DNA from: Blastocatellia bacterium
GTDB lineage: Bacteria; Acidobacteriota; Blastocatellia; UBA7656
Direction: 5' to 3'
DNA length: 64,000 nucleotides
NCBI GenBank assembly: GCA_963765495.1
Contig: CAVXWP010000008.1
Span: forward strand, 864,001-928,000
The translations under genes were made by a program, and so were the position numbers. The notes under the pieces were generated by a model. The model saw only the letters and a program-made list of their open reading frames with translations. It made no database searches and was not told the DNA's origin. How positions within the stretch are numbered: the first letter of the stretch is position 1; each line of letters begins with the position of its first letter. Below, piece after piece: positions 39,570-50,000 of the stretch.

Positions 39570-41195
39570 ATGAAGACCCCTACACTTGTCCTTAAAAGAG
39601 GGCTGATCGTAGACGGCACGGGCAGACCCGGCATTATCGGCGATGTGGCGATTCGTGACCGCTACATCGTTGCGATAGACGCGCCGGGGGCGCTTGTCGG
39701 CGCTTACGAGATTGATTGCAAGAGCCTTGTCATCGCGCCCGGTTTTATTGACACCCACAGCCATTCGGATTTGCGTGTGTTGATCGAGCCGCAACTCCCA
39801 ATGAAAGCGCGACAGGGCATCACGCTAGAAGTATTCGGACAGGACGGCATCTCGGTCGCGCCGATACTTGCGAAGGATAGAGAGCAGGTTTCGCGGCAGC
39901 TTGCGGGTCTGTTGGGGAGATTGGGGCGAGAGTGGAACTGGGAATCTACGGCTGAGTATCTGAAGGCAATCGAGGCGGCTTCTCCCGGGGTGGACTGCGC
40001 CTACCTGATCCCGCACGGGGCGATCAGGTTGCAAGCCTGCGGGATGGAAGACAGGCTTGCAACGCCCGACGAAATAGCGCTAATGCAATCGCTTATTCGT
40101 CAGGCGATGAGCGAAGGCGCTGTGGGTCTTTCCACGGGATTGATCTACCCGCCCTGTTGCTATGCCGATACGGCGGAGCTGGTCGAATTGTGCCGGACGG
40201 TGGCAGAGTTGGACGGGATATTCGTAGCCCACATGCGAAGCGAAAGCGATTATCTGGAAGACGCCGTGGCCGAAATGATCGAGATAGGCAAAGAGTCGGG
40301 CGTGCGGGTTCATATCTCTCATTTCAAGGCGGCCGGGCGCGAGAACTGGTCAAGAATCGGACGAGTGATCGAGATGATTCACGAAGCTCGTGGCGAGGGC
40401 ATCAGGCTGACAGCCGATCAATATCCCTATATCGCAGGCTCTACGATGCTGGGCGCGATACTTCCCCCGTGGGCGCACGCGGGCGGCGTGGACGATACGA
40501 TTGAACGGCTGGGAAGCGGGGCCGAGCGAGACCGCCTGAGAGCGGCACTGCTCGGCTCTGATCGTTCGGATTGGGACAATTTCTGGAAATGGTCGGGACC
40601 GGAAGGCATCATAATTTCCGACATACCATCCGGCAGGCATACTGATTATGTGGGAAAGAATCTGGCTCAGGCCGCGAGCTTACGTCAAAGGGCTGATCGG
40701 GTTAGCGAAGAAGAGGTGATTGAATTTGCCTTCAATCTGCTTGCCGAGGAACGGATGGGCGTAGCTATGATCTCCTTCAGTCAATCCGAAGAGATAGTCC
40801 GGCAGATAATGCGCGAGCCTTATGTCAACGTCTGCACGGATGGGTTGCTCGGAGGCAAGCCGCACCCTCGCGCATACGGGACCTACCCGCGCATTCTGGG
40901 CCGGTACTCGCGAGACGAGAGCGTGCTATCGCTTGAAGAGGCTGTGCGAAAGATGTCGGGTCTGGCGGCCGAAACTTTTCAGTTCAGACACTACGGCCGG
41001 GTTGCCGACGATGCTCGCGCAAACCTTGTGGTGTTCGACCCGGAACGCATTTCGGATCAAGCGACTTTTGACGATCCCAGGCAATACCCGTTAGGGATCA
41101 AACATGTAATAGTTGAAGGTCAGCCAAGTTTCTTTGATGAACCACCCGACGCGGGGAGAAGTGGCATCGTGGTGAGATCGAAATTGGCCGACTGA
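39570..41195 (+). CDS. N-acyl-D-amino-acid deacylase (D-aminoacylase)
   Basis: PGFIDTHSHSD, GLSTGLIYPP, HISHFK, ADQYPY, PHPRAYGTYPR. Confidence 0.92.
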   Translation: MKTPTLVLKRGLIVDGTGRPGIIGDVAIRDRYIVAIDAPGALVGAYEIDCKSLVIAPGFIDTHSHSDLRVLIEPQLPMKARQGITLEVFGQDGISVAPILAKDREQVSRQLAGLLGRLGREWNWESTAEYLKAIEAASPGVDCAYLIPHGAIRLQACGMEDRLATPDEIALMQSLIRQAMSEGAVGLSTGLIYPPCCYADTAELVELCRTVAELDGIFVAHMRSESDYLEDAVAEMIEIGKESGVRVHISHFKAAGRENWSRIGRVIEMIHEARGEGIRLTADQYPYIAGSTMLGAILPPWAHAGGVDDTIERLGSGAERDRLRAALLGSDRSDWDNFWKWSGPEGIIISDIPSGRHTDYVGKNLAQAASLRQRADRVSEEEVIEFAFNLLAEERMGVAMISFSQSEEIVRQIMREPYVNVCTDGLLGGKPHPRAYGTYPRILGRYSRDESVLSLEEAVRKMSGLAAETFQFRHYGRVADDARANLVVFDPERISDQATFDDPRQYPLGIKHVIVEGQPSFFDEPPDAGRSGIVVRSKLAD

Positions 41196-41413
41196 TGAAG
41201 TGAATTAATCGTTCTCTTTCAGCTTTTCCAAGAGGGTCGATTTGAATGCTCGAACTTGCCTTGTCAATTCTGCATATGATGACGCGTATTTAGAAGTCTC
41301 ACAAGGTGTTGCAAGCGATCGCGTTAAACCCCTGAAAGCATACAGCCCCGCAAGGACTTATAAGGAAATCATACAACCCGAACTGTTTTGTGAAGTTTTT
41401 CTCTTCGGAAAGA

Positions 41414-41914
41414 TTACATAATGAGGTTGGTCTCTTCAAAATTGCTCTCTCCCAACCCCGTAAGGTCAAGGAGTACCTCGCGTTCCTTTTCGCGCGCCAG
41501 AATCTCGAAGGGTATCTCTAAATAGGCTTCCTCACTGGTCAGACCCAAACGTCTGTTTTGAAGGAAGTACTTCAGGTACTTGACGGCAAAGGTCCAGTTA
41601 CCCTCTTGGCGGTATTGCCTACTGTGAGTGATCTCGTGCGCGAGCAGCGCGATGCCTTTCGCCGAGTGTATATCGTAATGTCCGGGCGCAAAGTAAAGGT
41701 TTTTGCCGAGCGTAAAGGCAGAGGGCTTGATTACGGCAAACCTGTTTACATACCAGGGCAGATGCTCGTGAATGCGAAGGCTTGTCAGGTCAAAATCAGG
41801 GAAGTGCGGGGCGATGAGTTTGGTGATTCGTCCCGGGAGCGGAAATGATGCGCAGGAATCGAACAATCGAATTACCTTTTGCCTTATATCCTTTGTATTT
41901 CGCGCCCGGCGCAA
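41414..41914 (-). CDS. DUF4157 domain protein (HExxH)
   Basis: AFTLGKNLYF and LLAHEITHSRQ; start uncertain. Confidence 0.8.
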   Translation of the reverse strand: MRRARNTKDIRQKVIRLFDSCASFPLPGRITKLIAPHFPDFDLTSLRIHEHLPWYVNRFAVIKPSAFTLGKNLYFAPGHYDIHSAKGIALLAHEITHSRQYRQEGNWTFAVKYLKYFLQNRRLGLTSEEAYLEIPFEILAREKEREVLLDLTGLGESNFEETNLIM

Positions 41915-42071
41915 CCCGAACGCGCTCGAATATTTGATTATCCTCTATTTGAAAAATTACAGCGTCTTTCCGATGAGCGCAAACATAGAACAACCACAGA
42001 GGCTGGAGAGGGATCAGCCCGACGCTTGCCAATCCTCTTCCGCCTCTGCGGTTGATTTCAATCTCTACCAT

Positions 42072-43127
42072 CTATCTGAGAGATTCCACATCTATACCGA
42101 AACGAAGGATCTTCATATTGAGAGTAGTCGGCTTTATCTTGAGAAGTTGGGCCGCCTTGTATTGCACGCCCCCACACTGCTTCAAAGCAGCGCATATCAA
42201 CGACACTTCAAACTCCTTGACCTCCTCCGCGAGATCGATTTCACCGGCGGGCAAACACGTCTGCTTGATATCTGCCGATTCAAGCATTCGCGAAGGCAAA
42301 AGCGACCGGTCAAGATAAAGCGGGCGCGACTGCTTGACCATGTTGTGGATCACCTTCTTAAGCTCACCGATATTGCCCGGCCAGTTGTATTTGCGAAAGA
42401 AAGACAAGGTTTCAAAAGAGAGTTCTCTAATCTCTTTTCCCAGTTGTTGACAGGTCTGTTGAACAAAGTATTTGCATAGCGGCTCGATATCAACCAGTCT
42501 CTGGCGGAGTGCCGGTATCGTTATCGAATCACTGACCGAGATGGATACCGATTCAGAGGCCGGGCCTGACTCCGAGCCAGGCTGGGAATTTTGAGAAGAG
42601 CCAAGGATTATGCGGATGTCAGCCGGTTCGAATCGCTCATCGCCCAGGCGATGAAACTCTCTATACTCGATCAACCGCGCAATCTTGGATTGCAGGGAGG
42701 GCGAGAAGGAAGAGAGACCATTGAGGAAAAGCGTTCCCCCTTGGGCCGATTCGACTACGCCCTTCTGCGTATAACTGCAACCTGACGAGAGAGTGCGGAT
42801 AGAGCCGAACAGGGTCGCTTCAATCGAATCGGTGGGAACAGAATAAAACGACATTGCCACAAAAGGGCCGTCGCGGCGGGCGCTGCAACGATGCACCAGT
42901 CGGGCAATATATTCTTTGCCCGTTCCCTGCTCGCCTTCGAAGATGATCGGGTCATCGGTTGCAGCGTGTACCTCTATTGCTGCTCGCGTATCCTCAGCCC
43001 AGCGACTGATTCCTATCAACCGCTCCTTTATAAACGAAGCCGCATCTTCTCTGGTAAGGCGAAAAGGCTGCGATTCATTGCTCAAGAGAGTGCGCTTATA
43101 AACTTGCATTTGCGAAATCCCTCTCAT
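42072..43127 (-). CDS. Degenerate sigma54-interaction domain protein with Fis-type HTH
   Basis: GEQGTGKE, WPGN and C-terminal AAQLLKIKPTTLNMKI are present; GAFTGA and Walker B are lost. Confidence 0.88.
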   Translation of the reverse strand: MRGISQMQVYKRTLLSNESQPFRLTREDAASFIKERLIGISRWAEDTRAAIEVHAATDDPIIFEGEQGTGKEYIARLVHRCSARRDGPFVAMSFYSVPTDSIEATLFGSIRTLSSGCSYTQKGVVESAQGGTLFLNGLSSFSPSLQSKIARLIEYREFHRLGDERFEPADIRIILGSSQNSQPGSESGPASESVSISVSDSITIPALRQRLVDIEPLCKYFVQQTCQQLGKEIRELSFETLSFFRKYNWPGNIGELKKVIHNMVKQSRPLYLDRSLLPSRMLESADIKQTCLPAGEIDLAEEVKEFEVSLICAALKQCGGVQYKAAQLLKIKPTTLNMKILRFGIDVESLR

Positions 43128-43290
43128 TTTGATTTTTTTTGCCGACGGTCTGAGCCACCTGCACGAACGGGGGCTCCGACCATTACGATTATAGGCGGAC
43201 TAATTTATTGGGCGAAGTTCAATGGGATGAGTGTGCAGGAATTTGTGGCGAATCGGCCTGCTCCGGGTATGAGTCTTGACTCGCAGGAGT

Positions 43291-43316
43291 AAAAAAGGGC
43301 GGCCCGAAGGCCGCCC
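43291..43316 (-). terminator. Intrinsic terminator of the TonB-dependent receptor gene
   Basis: Minus strand GGGCGGCC-TTCG-GGCCGCCC-TTTTTT. Confidence 0.9.
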
Positions 43317-43349
43317 ATGCAACAAATTGAATTACCGGATCGACGATTT

Positions 43350-46300
43350 TCAGAAGCCGTAGCGGAGTTGAATCCGCCCGTAACGGCCTACCGGATTGCC
43401 GGTCGGGCCGATTATTCCGCCGTCGTTTAGCCCCGGGTTGTTAAAGAACGGGTTCAACACATCGCCATTGCTGTTGTCTGAGCCGATGGCGGGGTTGGCC
43501 CACGTGTAGTTCGGGTGATTGAAGACGTTGAAGAAATCAAAGCGCACTTCAAGTTTATGCCCTTCAAACGGCATCTTGAATGCTTTGTTCAGGCTCAGAT
43601 CGAGCCGGTTGACTCTGGGAGCACGCAGCGTATTTCGACCCACAAGTCCCGTGCGGATAGAAGGATCGACCACGTAGCGTGCGCTGTTGAGGCTGATCGG
43701 ATTTCCGTTGGCGTCAACGTAACCCGTAGGCGATGTGATTCCAAACTCACTATCGAGAATCGCCACGGAGTTTGCCGGAGCAGCCGGATTGCTGATGGCA
43801 GGGCGATCATTGAAGGCGTTCAAGTCACCGTTCAAATCGATTCCCTGTACGGAAACTATATCCACAGCGCCCGACTGTATCCTGTAGATGCCAGATACCG
43901 TCCAGAAGCCCGCGATCTGTCCGAGCAGACCCGTTTTCGGACCGGGAACGTCCCAGACCATTGATAGAACCGCTCGGTGAGGAACATCGAATGCGGATAC
44001 GCTGCGGTCCACATCTCGATTAAACGGGTTTGATACGCGACTGCTTCCGCCCGTGGTGACAAAGACTTCGCTGAGGTTGTCTATTGATTTCGACCACGTG
44101 TAAGCAAACCGCGCAAGCAGACCTTTACTCAACCCGCGCTCGACCCTTGTTTGCAGCGAGTGATAATTTGAATCCCCGCCGTTTGTGCGAGCGACCACCG
44201 ACCCGCGCGAAGAATTGGCGCGAACTCCGTTTGTCGCTATATTCAATTGCTCATTGATGAATTCCCTCGTAGCCCGCGTTCCTACGTAAGCCAGATCGAG
44301 AATCGTATTCCCGGGCAACTGGCGCTGGATTCCGAAATTCCACGTATGAATCTGCGGATTGACCAGATCAGGTACGATGGTGGTTATAGCGGCTCTCGGG
44401 TTGAGTACAGCCGTTGTCGGGAGCGAATTCACACCGGCACCCGCAAATCCACGGCCTCCGACACTGCCTCCGAGCGTCGATACGGCTGCCACATTCGGAG
44501 ATGCCGACGCCGTATTGCTCAGGACGTTGTTGAAAAAGACATCATAGCTGATGCCGTACCCGCCACGGATGACAGTCTCATCATTGCCAAAGAGTTTACT
44601 GATAAAACCATCTCCGCCAAAGCGGGGAGTGTAGGCAAAGCTGAAGCGCGGAGCAAAGTTATTGTTATCGCGTTTCTGTTTGGCTACCGTGGTTATCGGC
44701 ACGTCGAAACCGGCAAAGGCCGGGAAAGAAACTACATTGAAAGGCGTGCCGTAGTTTTCATACCGCAGCCCCAGCGTCAAAGTCAGATTGGGCCGGACGC
44801 GCCAGCTGTCGTTTATGAAGTAGGACTGCTGGAACGCGTCAGGATAGACAACAGGGCTGCCAAAGGACTCGGCTGCAAACGTGCCCTGAGTGCCTGAGAA
44901 TGCATCGACAAAATTACCGAAGGTCGGGAACCCGCCGCCCGCAGAGTACGTGAGCGTGCCCTGCGCATTGAAGGGCACGAACTGTTTGGCAATCTGCCGC
45001 ACGAGGTCCGCGCCTGCCCGTATCGTATGGGTTCCAAAGGTCTTGGTAATCGTGTCCTGGAACTGATAGTTGTTAAAGATGCGCCCCTGCGGGAAGGTGG
45101 AGGAGATGCCTCCCAGCGCACCGATTCCTGTGACCGGGATGCCGCCGAAAAGAAATTCCGGGCCGAAAGCCAGAGTGGCCGGGTCGGTAGCTCCAAACAG
45201 CACGTTGAACCGCCCGTAAGAGAACCGGAATTCATTTGTCGTGGATGTGGATAAGACTCTGGTGTAGTTGAGATAGAAATTTTGAGTCTTTCCCGTCACA
45301 TCAACCCCAAACCCCGGGAACACGGTCGGGAATTGATTGCTGAAGGTCTGGTCTTGAAGCAGGTAGCGGAACGCAAAATTGTTGTCTGCGTTCGGTGCCC
45401 AATCAACACGACCCAGCACGTCATACGTATTTACGGGTTGAGCGGAAAATGTCGTCACCGTCCCGAATTCGATATCGGGGCGCCCGCCGCCAAGAGAGAC
45501 ATTCACCGGGTTGGTCGTTCCGCGCAGATCACCGATTACACTCAGATAACGATCCAGATTTGCGCTTGAACCCTGCGGGAAGAGGGCGCGAAGCTGGTTG
45601 AATCCGCTTGAGGTCGGGATGACAGCCGAGGCGGATACGCCGCCCGAACGGGTCAGCGTAGGCTGAAAGGTTCCAAAGAAAAAGAGCTTGTCTTTCATGA
45701 TCGGGCCCCCGAGAGAGAACCCGAAACTGTTCTGCGTGTAAACAGGCACGGAGGTCAATCCTTCGTTGACCTTCTGCCCGGGACTCAGTGAAGCAAGCGA
45801 GCTCGTGTCAATCACATCGTAGGCCGATCCGTGAAACTCGTTGGTCCCACTTCTGGTGACTACGTTTACGACCGCGCCGCCCGCTCGACCGTATTCAGCA
45901 GAGTTGTCTCCGCCCAGGACTGCAACTTCTTTGTAACCGTCGCGAAGTATCGGCTGAATCTGCTGCCCGGTGATCGAGTTATCGTTGTTGTCGGTCCCGT
46001 CAATCAACTGATTATTTGAGCGAGCGCGTAAACCGTTGATGTTGAACTCTGTGCCCTGCACAAATCCTCCCGCGAGGACTCCGGGGTCGGTAACGCCCGG
46101 CAGTGTAAAGACAAGGTTAACCGGGTTTAGCCCGGCCACGGGAAGATCAACAAGCTGTCGCTGCTCAAGCGTGTTGTTGCGCGCTCCGTCCTGCTGTTGG
46201 AGGATGACGGTCGAATCCGCCGTCACGTTTACGACCTCCCCCTGCGCGCCTATCTGTAGGGGAAAATCACTTGTAGTAGCCTGCGTAGCTACGATTGTCA

Positions 46301-46613
46301 CGTTTTCGCGCGTGAGGGTCTTGAACCCGGTCGCGCTGACCTCGACCGAATATGATCCGGGGTCAATTGCGTCAATACGGTAGCTGCCGTCTTCTTTAGA
46401 AGTCGTCTCTCGTACGACTCCGGTTGCCTGATTTTTAATCCTAACCGTTGCCTGCCCGACCACCGCACCGGCAGGGTCGGTCACTGTGCCAACCAGTATG
46501 CCTTTGCTCGATTGAGCGTAGGCGGTTCCCCCAATCACAGGCAATAGCGATGCCGCGAGCATCACAAATAAGGTAGCCAGTGTGAGGGATCTTATTTTAC
46601 GAAGGTGCCTCAT
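43350..46613 (-). CDS. TonB-dependent receptor, Oar-like, with N-terminal carboxypeptidase-regulatory-like domain
   Basis: Signal peptide, GTVTDPAGAVV, SAEYGR...TRSGTNEFHG, C-terminal QLRYGF. Confidence 0.92.
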   Translation of the reverse strand: MRHLRKIRSLTLATLFVMLAASLLPVIGGTAYAQSSKGILVGTVTDPAGAVVGQATVRIKNQATGVVRETTSKEDGSYRIDAIDPGSYSVEVSATGFKTLTRENVTIVATQATTSDFPLQIGAQGEVVNVTADSTVILQQQDGARNNTLEQRQLVDLPVAGLNPVNLVFTLPGVTDPGVLAGGFVQGTEFNINGLRARSNNQLIDGTDNNDNSITGQQIQPILRDGYKEVAVLGGDNSAEYGRAGGAVVNVVTRSGTNEFHGSAYDVIDTSSLASLSPGQKVNEGLTSVPVYTQNSFGFSLGGPIMKDKLFFFGTFQPTLTRSGGVSASAVIPTSSGFNQLRALFPQGSSANLDRYLSVIGDLRGTTNPVNVSLGGGRPDIEFGTVTTFSAQPVNTYDVLGRVDWAPNADNNFAFRYLLQDQTFSNQFPTVFPGFGVDVTGKTQNFYLNYTRVLSTSTTNEFRFSYGRFNVLFGATDPATLAFGPEFLFGGIPVTGIGALGGISSTFPQGRIFNNYQFQDTITKTFGTHTIRAGADLVRQIAKQFVPFNAQGTLTYSAGGGFPTFGNFVDAFSGTQGTFAAESFGSPVVYPDAFQQSYFINDSWRVRPNLTLTLGLRYENYGTPFNVVSFPAFAGFDVPITTVAKQKRDNNNFAPRFSFAYTPRFGGDGFISKLFGNDETVIRGGYGISYDVFFNNVLSNTASASPNVAAVSTLGGSVGGRGFAGAGVNSLPTTAVLNPRAAITTIVPDLVNPQIHTWNFGIQRQLPGNTILDLAYVGTRATREFINEQLNIATNGVRANSSRGSVVARTNGGDSNYHSLQTRVERGLSKGLLARFAYTWSKSIDNLSEVFVTTGGSSRVSNPFNRDVDRSVSAFDVPHRAVLSMVWDVPGPKTGLLGQIAGFWTVSGIYRIQSGAVDIVSVQGIDLNGDLNAFNDRPAISNPAAPANSVAILDSEFGITSPTGYVDANGNPISLNSARYVVDPSIRTGLVGRNTLRAPRVNRLDLSLNKAFKMPFEGHKLEVRFDFFNVFNHPNYTWANPAIGSDNSNGDVLNPFFNNPGLNDGGIIGPTGNPVGRYGRIQLRYGF

Positions 46614-46893
46614 ATTTCTTACTCCTTCCGAACTCCTTGTACGTGCTCTTTGTTTAGAGACAGGAATGGTGTTCCTTGACATACATTTACTTAGCCAAAG
46701 CGTTAGCCTCTGTTTGATCAGTATCCCCTGACGCTTCTATGAAGAGACTGCGTAGTAGATATCCTTGATACGGCAGGAGCCACGGGCTTTTACACGGGTT
46801 TTTAACATACAGATGCAAGTTTAGATTGCATCTCTGCATGTGGGAATGCTTATGGGACGAGCGCGCAAAATTCAGGGATGAAGAGGCCATTAA

Positions 46894-46993
46894 GCGTGAT
46901 ACGTGATGCGTGAGATCGGACATTTCCTCATTAAAGGAAGACCGTCTTTAATATCACGCATCACGCTTCACTTATCACTCCATCACGCATCAC
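46894..46993. repeat. Heptamer-armed hairpin element, GATGCGT/TCACG family (copy D)
   Basis: GCGTGATACGTGATGCGTGA ... ATCACGCATCACGCTTCACTTATCACTCCATCACGCATCAC. Confidence 0.85.
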
Positions 46994-47002
46994 TTGTGTG
47001 GA

Positions 47003-50000
47003 TCAGAAACTGTACCTCAACACAAGCTGGATTACGCGAGGGTTAGAATTCAATATTGATCCGACAGGATCATTTGTCGGATCGGCGTAACGCGGAGTTC
47101 CGCTAAACAATCGCGCGTCCTGAAAGCGGTTGCTTGTGACGTTCACATAATCGAGAGAAAAAGGATCGTCTATGATGAACTGCGGATGGTTGAACGCGTT
47201 ATAGAATTCAGCCCTGAATTCCAGTTGTTTCTTTTCCGAAATCGGAAATCTCTTAAATATAGAGATGTCCCAGTTATTGAGCCCGGGTGCCCTGAGCAGA
47301 TTGCGCCCGGCGTTGGCCTTCGCACCTGTGTCTGCGAAGACGAATTGAGCATTGGGGTCTGCGGCGACATAGCCCACGACCTGGCTCGGGTCTGCGGAAT
47401 CTCGCGGGACCACCTGGCCGTTTCTGAGCACCCAGTTTACATCTGTGCCCCGTCGCGGATCGCCGTTGAGATTTAATACGGTGCGGTCGCCCGCGTTGTC
47501 GAAATCTCCGTTGGCATCGTTGAAACTCAGAGCATCAACCGGCTGTCCGCTCTCGGCCTGATATACGCCGCTGATCTGCCAGTTGCCAAGTGCTTGCCCG
47601 CGAAAACCTCGCTCGTTTCGATAGAAGGGCAATTCATAAATCCACCCTACTACAAGCCTGTGCGGGCGAGAGAGTGTCGATTCGCCGCGTTCCGACCTCA
47701 GATCGAAATGGTTCTGTGGTCTTCGCGGATTGACGAAGCTCGTAAACAATTCGTTGGTGATGTTGTCAATCGTCCTGCTGTAGGTATAGGACGCATCGAG
47801 AGTTAATCCGCTGGCAAACCTGCGTTTCACGCTGAGCGAGCCTCCGTGATAGATCGAAGTGCCCTGCGCGGGAAAGACCGTGAAGTTTTGCAGGAACCCC
47901 AGATCGCTCAGCACACGTTTCTGAGCGTCAATAAAGTCCTGCTGCGAAGGCAGATTTCTGAGTGCCGCAGCCGCAGGTATTTCGGACTGGCTCAGGAAGG
48001 TCGGCAGGTTGAAAGAGGGCGGGAACCCGCTATTCAATCTCTGCTGCATAAACAGGTGCAATCCGCGTGTGCCGAGATAGCGGGCCTCGATTGACCAGTT
48101 GCGAAGGAACTCTCGCTGGAGGGAAAGCGACCAGGAAAGAGTGTAGGGCGTTTGAGTATCGAAGATCATCCCCTGAGTGAAAGCCCGCGCAAGGTCACGA
48201 TCGGTGAAGAACTCCGGCGGGACCGTACCCGACGGGATGCCCCCATTTTGAAGGAAGTTTGTATCGCTTCCAAAGACTCCGCCGCTGCCGGTAGAGGCAT
48301 CTATCTCCTGCTGGAATTGAGGCGGCAACTGCAACAGAACCAGATTCTGAAACAGCACATCATAGCCCATCGAGAACCCGCCCCGAATCGAGGACTGACC
48401 CGCATCCCCAAAAGCGCGCTTTAGCCATCCGCTGTGAAATTCGGGAGCCCAGGCAAAACCTATGCGGGGAGCAAAGTTATTCTTGTCCGTTTTTGGAACC
48501 CTGAAGTTTATCCCGTCGGGGAACAGTCCCGTGAGCCCGGTTCGCTGGCGAATCTGCTCAAGCACAGGGTCATCGGCGCTGACATTTGCGATGCTGTTGA
48601 GCGCCTGCAACCCGGCATCCCTCGCGTTTGATGTGTACTCGTAGCGCAACCCGAGGTTTATTGTCAGGTTGGGCCTCCACTTGAAATCATCCTGGAAGAA
48701 ACCATAGATGGCCCACTGATTTCCGGCAAACGCGCCCGACCCTACGCCGCGCAGACCGCCGTTTGAGCCTGTAGGTTTGATGTCGCGCAGAAAGTCTTCA
48801 AGCGTGCGGTAAGAGTATTCGCCTCGTCCGCGCGGAAGAAATACCTGCGGCGCGATTGCGTTTCTAAAATCCGCGCCGAATTTTGTCTGGTGACGGCCTT
48901 TTATCCAGCTCATGGTGTCTACGTACTGATAGACATTGGTCGTGCCGCCCTGAGGCGAATTCTCTTCCGGCCCTATGATGAGACCAAGTTCATCAATATT
49001 CAGACCGGGGAAATCTGCAAACGCATCGGGGACTGTGAAATCCTGAACCTGCCGCCTGTATCCGAATCGAAATTCGTTAAGAAGATCGGTGTTGAACTCG
49101 TGAATCTCTGTGAGGGAAACCAGCCTGTTATCATTTGCAAGCGAGCCTGTAAATTCAGGTCCCGGAGTGCCGAGATTGGGCTGACGGAAGCGATCATAGA
49201 AGAATCGTCCGTAGAGCCGGTCGCTTTGCGAGATGTTGTAATCAATGTTGGCGTGCCATTGATACAGGTTATAAAAACTCGGCACAAGAACAAGCAATTG
49301 CCCGGTAGGCACCTGTCTGCCAAGTACGTTGATCGTCCCATCCGAGACGGCAGCCGGAGAGACGTGTGACCTCAAGAGATCGAGCGTGAAGGGGCTGATC
49401 CCCGGTATGCTTTCAAGGATTGAAAACCCCTGAGAGGTAGGCGCGCCAAAGGTTTGTGTGGACCCCGCCTGCCCCCGGGTTTGATACTGGAATGCCCCGA
49501 AAAAGAATAGTTTGTCCTTGAATATGGGACCGCCGAAGTCGCCGCCTACCCGGTTGAAATCGTCTCGCGGGCGGCTATCGGGTTGAGCGCCTGCGGCTAT
49601 CTGCTCTTTGAACCTGTGATCGAGCGAGCGAAGATATTTGTTGATGTTGTACCACCATAGATCGCCGTGAAAATCGTTTGTGCCGCTCTTTGTAATAGTA
49701 TTGAACTGCCCGGCTGAAGAGTGGCCGAATTCGGCTGAAAACTGATTGGTCAGGACGGTGAATTCTTTTACCGCGTCCTGGATCGGGGCTATCTGAGGGC
49801 CGGTCAAGGTGATGTCGTTGTTGTCTATGCCGTCGAGCGTAAAAGAGTTGTTTCGCGGGCGGTTGCCTCCGACAGAGCCGCCTACCCCGTCAACGCCTGA
49901 GCCCTGATTTGTGACGTTGGGCGAAAGCAGCGCCAGTTGATTTACATCCTGAAATATCGGAAGCTGGATGACCTTTCGATCATCAAAACTCTTGCCCAGT

